Shown here piece by piece: positions 26,242-27,823 of a DNA stretch of 27,823 bases; position 1 is the stretch's first letter; every line of letters begins with the position of its first letter. The notes below the pieces were generated by a model. The model saw nothing but the letters and a program-made list of their open reading frames with translations. It did not search any database and was not told where the DNA came from. Made by a program: the position numbers and the translations under genes. The stretch lies in the IMG/VR virus record IMGVR_UViG_3300006482_000005. The stretch is one strand, 5' to 3'. The stretch comes from a virus.

Positions 26242-26964
26242 TTAGGGGTCCAGCACCACAATTTTGACGCGCTTACCGGAGTATTTCCGGGCCAGGGTGA
26301 CGTGCGCCGTGCCCCCAAAATTCTTGGCGACGCCCTCCAGCACGACGTATCCCCGGATCTGGTAGCAGTCCGGCTCCGGGATCGCGTCGCGGAGATCCTG
26401 TCGATAGTCGAGGAGGTAGGCCCGGACTGCCTCGCGCCCCGCGACAATCACCACGTTTTCGGCGGCCGCCTCCTCGACGATCCTGTCGGCGAGCGACTCG
26501 ATCGCGGCGTCCGTGGTCTCGTGCGACAGGTCCGGCACGCCGCCGGAGAGCCAGTCCCCGACGTGCCACAGACCGCCATCGTGCAGCGGGGGCTCGATCC
26601 GATCCATCCAGGCGTCGAAATCGTTTTTCTCGTCCTCGTGGCCTGGGAACCGGCCGAACTGCTCGATGTCCTCCCAGACCGTCTCATATGCCCCCAGGAG
26701 CGGGGCGGCGCGCGGAAGCACCTCGTCCTCGACCCACTCGCGGATCTGTGTCGCGTCCACGAGCGGCGGGAGCGTGTAGGCGTCCCCCATCCCGCGCCAG
26801 CGATACTCGGATCTCGTGTTGTCGTCGTGCGCCCGGGTCTCGGCGCTGATGATCTCGCTCGCCCAGTCGATGACCAGGTAGATCCGCCGGGGCTGTCCGT
26901 CGCCATCGGTCTCCAGGAGCGCCGTGGGGTTGTCGTAGTCGAGAGCGAGGGTGAGGGGGGCCAT
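26242..26964 (-). CDS. Acidic hypothetical protein with a C-terminal DUF2080-like domain
   Basis: C-terminus VAKNFGGTAHVTLARKYSGKRVKIVVL resembles DUF2080. D/E-rich N-terminal region. Confidence 0.65.
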   Translation of the reverse strand: MAPLTLALDYDNPTALLETDGDGQPRRIYLVIDWASEIISAETRAHDDNTRSEYRWRGMGDAYTLPPLVDATQIREWVEDEVLPRAAPLLGAYETVWEDIEQFGRFPGHEDEKNDFDAWMDRIEPPLHDGGLWHVGDWLSGGVPDLSHETTDAAIESLADRIVEEAAAENVVIVAGREAVRAYLLDYRQDLRDAIPEPDCYQIRGYVVLEGVAKNFGGTAHVTLARKYSGKRVKIVVLDP

Positions 26965-27390
26965 TTACTCCACCCCCAACACTGCGTCGATCTCCGCGAG
27001 CCGCGCGAGCAGCCGCGCCCGCTCCTCTTCCAGCGCCGCCCGGTCGGGCCCAGTTCGCGCCGCCGCGATCGCCGCTGCCGAGGTCTCGCACTCCTCGATC
27101 GTGATCTCCGAGCCAGTCACGCTCCGCACCACGCCGTACCAGCGCTTCGGGTGGCGCTTGCCCCCGCTGCTCGTGTAGTCGGCAGCGATCTCGACCGCTT
27201 TGCCGACGACCTCCGGGCCGACGATATATAGATACCGCCCGCGCCCGCTCTTGACAAACTCTCGCGCCAGGCCGCCCGGGGCCGCCGGGTCTGCCTCGAT
27301 CGTCGCCATCCAGTTCTTGCCGCGTGAGTGGGCCTCGTAGATAGGGGCCTCGACCATCGCGCCATCCTCAATCTTGTAGGTCTCTGTCAT
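26965..27390 (-). CDS. Hypothetical protein with a C-terminal coiled coil
   Basis: ORF abuts the next gene. ATG at 27390 (alternative GTG at 27399). Ends LEEERARLLARLAEIDAVL. Confidence 0.75.
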   Translation of the reverse strand: MTETYKIEDGAMVEAPIYEAHSRGKNWMATIEADPAAPGGLAREFVKSGRGRYLYIVGPEVVGKAVEIAADYTSSGGKRHPKRWYGVVRSVTGSEITIEECETSAAAIAAARTGPDRAALEEERARLLARLAEIDAVLGVE

Positions 27391-27408
27391 CTGTTTCACA
27401 TCCTACAA

Positions 27409-27440
27409 TATATCTATTAGATATACTTGTATATATAACT
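27409..27440 (-). promoter_or_regulatory. TATA box (TTATATATA) with a downstream palindromic operator-like site
   Basis: AT-rich block. Perfect 8-bp arms TATATCTA-T-TAGATATA at 27409-27425 between the TATA box and the start codon. Confidence 0.55.
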
Positions 27441-27483
27441 ATCGTATATGATGACAACTCCCTCCCCACCGGAGACGATCGGC

Positions 27484-27564
27484 AAAAACAGGGCCCGGAA
27501 TGGGCGCCTGTAGAACTGTCATGAGACAATAGAGTATGATTTCAATCCACGCCCGGAGGGCGAC
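27484..27564 (-). CRISPR. CRISPR-like mini-unit: shortened type I-C repeat, 30-nt spacer, degenerate repeat hairpin, U-tract
   Basis: GTCGCCCTCCGGGCGTGGATTGAAAT (27564-27539), spacer 27538-27509, GGCGCCCATTCCGGGCCC (27508-27491), TGTTTTT. No cas genes in the window. Confidence 0.7.
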
Positions 27565-27588
27565 ACATTGAGATTGACCCAGATCTAA

Positions 27589-27602
27589 ATATAGTTTTTG
27601 CC
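27589..27602 (-). promoter_or_regulatory. BRE/TATA-like promoter of the CRISPR-like RNA
   Basis: GGCAAAAACTATATTTA. First T of TATAT lies 29 nt upstream of the repeat's first G. Same 11-mer as at 26200-26210. Confidence 0.65.
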
Positions 27603-27626
27603 AGGGCGACTGCTGCAAAACAAGAG

Positions 27627-27698
27627 AGCCTCGGGCGGGAATCGAACCCGCGACCTCTTCCTTACCAAGGAAGCGCGATACCGCTATGCCACCGAGGC
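27627..27698 (-). tRNA. tRNA-Thr (GGT)
   Basis: 72 nt. Acceptor GCCTCGG/CCGAGGC, anticodon arm CTTCC-TTGGTAA-GGAAG, T-arm GCGGG-TTCGATT-CCCGC, no encoded CCA. D-stem has an A12-C23 mismatch. Confidence 0.92.
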
Positions 27699-27699
27699 G

Positions 27700-27771
27700 C
27701 CGCACTCAGGGATTAGGTGGGTTCGGCTGCGTCCTTACCAAGGACGCGCTCGACAACCGTGTCAGATAGAA
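27700..27771 (-). pseudogene. Decayed tRNA-Thr(GGT) copy retaining only the anticodon arm
   Basis: GAGC-GCGTCC-TTGGTAA-GGACGC at 27751-27729, offset 73 nt from the intact anticodon arm. Acceptor and T-arm do not pair. Confidence 0.55.
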
Positions 27772-27794
27772 GAGATCCCAACTTGAAGTCAAGA

Positions 27795-27823
27795 TGCGAG
27801 GGGTGAGATTCGAACTCACGAAC
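27795..27823 (-). tRNA. 3' end of a tRNA, probably tRNA-Leu, truncated by the window edge
   Basis: Minus strand GTTC-GTGAG-TTCGAAT-CTCAC-CCCTCGC-A gives a T-arm plus acceptor 3' strand matching GCGAGGG-starting archaeal Leu tRNAs. Anticodon not visible. Confidence 0.7.

Larger units (their letters stand above)
1..27626. mobile_element. Integrated tailed provirus (siphovirus-like), left end outside the window
   Basis: Contiguous replication, terminase, portal, protease, capsid, neck, tail tube, tape measure and tail fibre genes, mostly coupled by ATGA/GTGA overlaps, ending next to tRNA 3' ends. No sheath gene seen. The exact right boundary is uncertain. Confidence 0.95.

Noticed and set aside
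27481-27602. GGCAAAAAC...GTTTTTGCC inverted repeat as possible MITE ends
   Set aside because: Only 9 bp with no target-site duplication. The two copies are already explained as the terminator U-tract and the BRE.

Overview
The window is the right-hand ~27.6 kb of an integrated head-tail (siphovirus-like) provirus in a high-GC archaeal chromosome. A methanogen host (Methanomicrobiales/Methanoculleus-like) is inferred from GC-richness, GGAGG/GGTGA ribosome sites, TATA/BRE promoters and CCA-less archaeal-type tRNAs. From left to right it holds: small early genes (a Myb-like/KOW protein, a DUF4406-like protein, Cys-rich proteins, a radical SAM enzyme); an 800-aa replication ATPase-like protein followed by a dense AAACTCAC iteron array; a Holliday-junction-resolvase-like nuclease; a head module (terS, terL, portal-MuF-HTH fusion, head fibre, protease/scaffold, capsid); neck and non-contractile tail genes with a probable +1 frameshift at TTT-CGC; three leftward accessory genes; then tRNA-Thr(GGT), a decayed tRNA-Thr copy and the 3' end of a probable tRNA-Leu. 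No integrase, tail sheath, cas gene or reverse transcriptase is visible. The most striking signal is an unannotated ~81-nt minus-strand unit at 27484-27564. It has its own promoter, a shortened type I-C CRISPR repeat with an intact 11-nt handle, a 30-nt spacer, a degenerate repeat hairpin and a U-tract. This looks like a stand-alone crRNA mimic (candidate RNA anti-CRISPR or mini-array) sitting upstream of two unknown genes. All family assignments come from motif recognition by eye, not from database searches.
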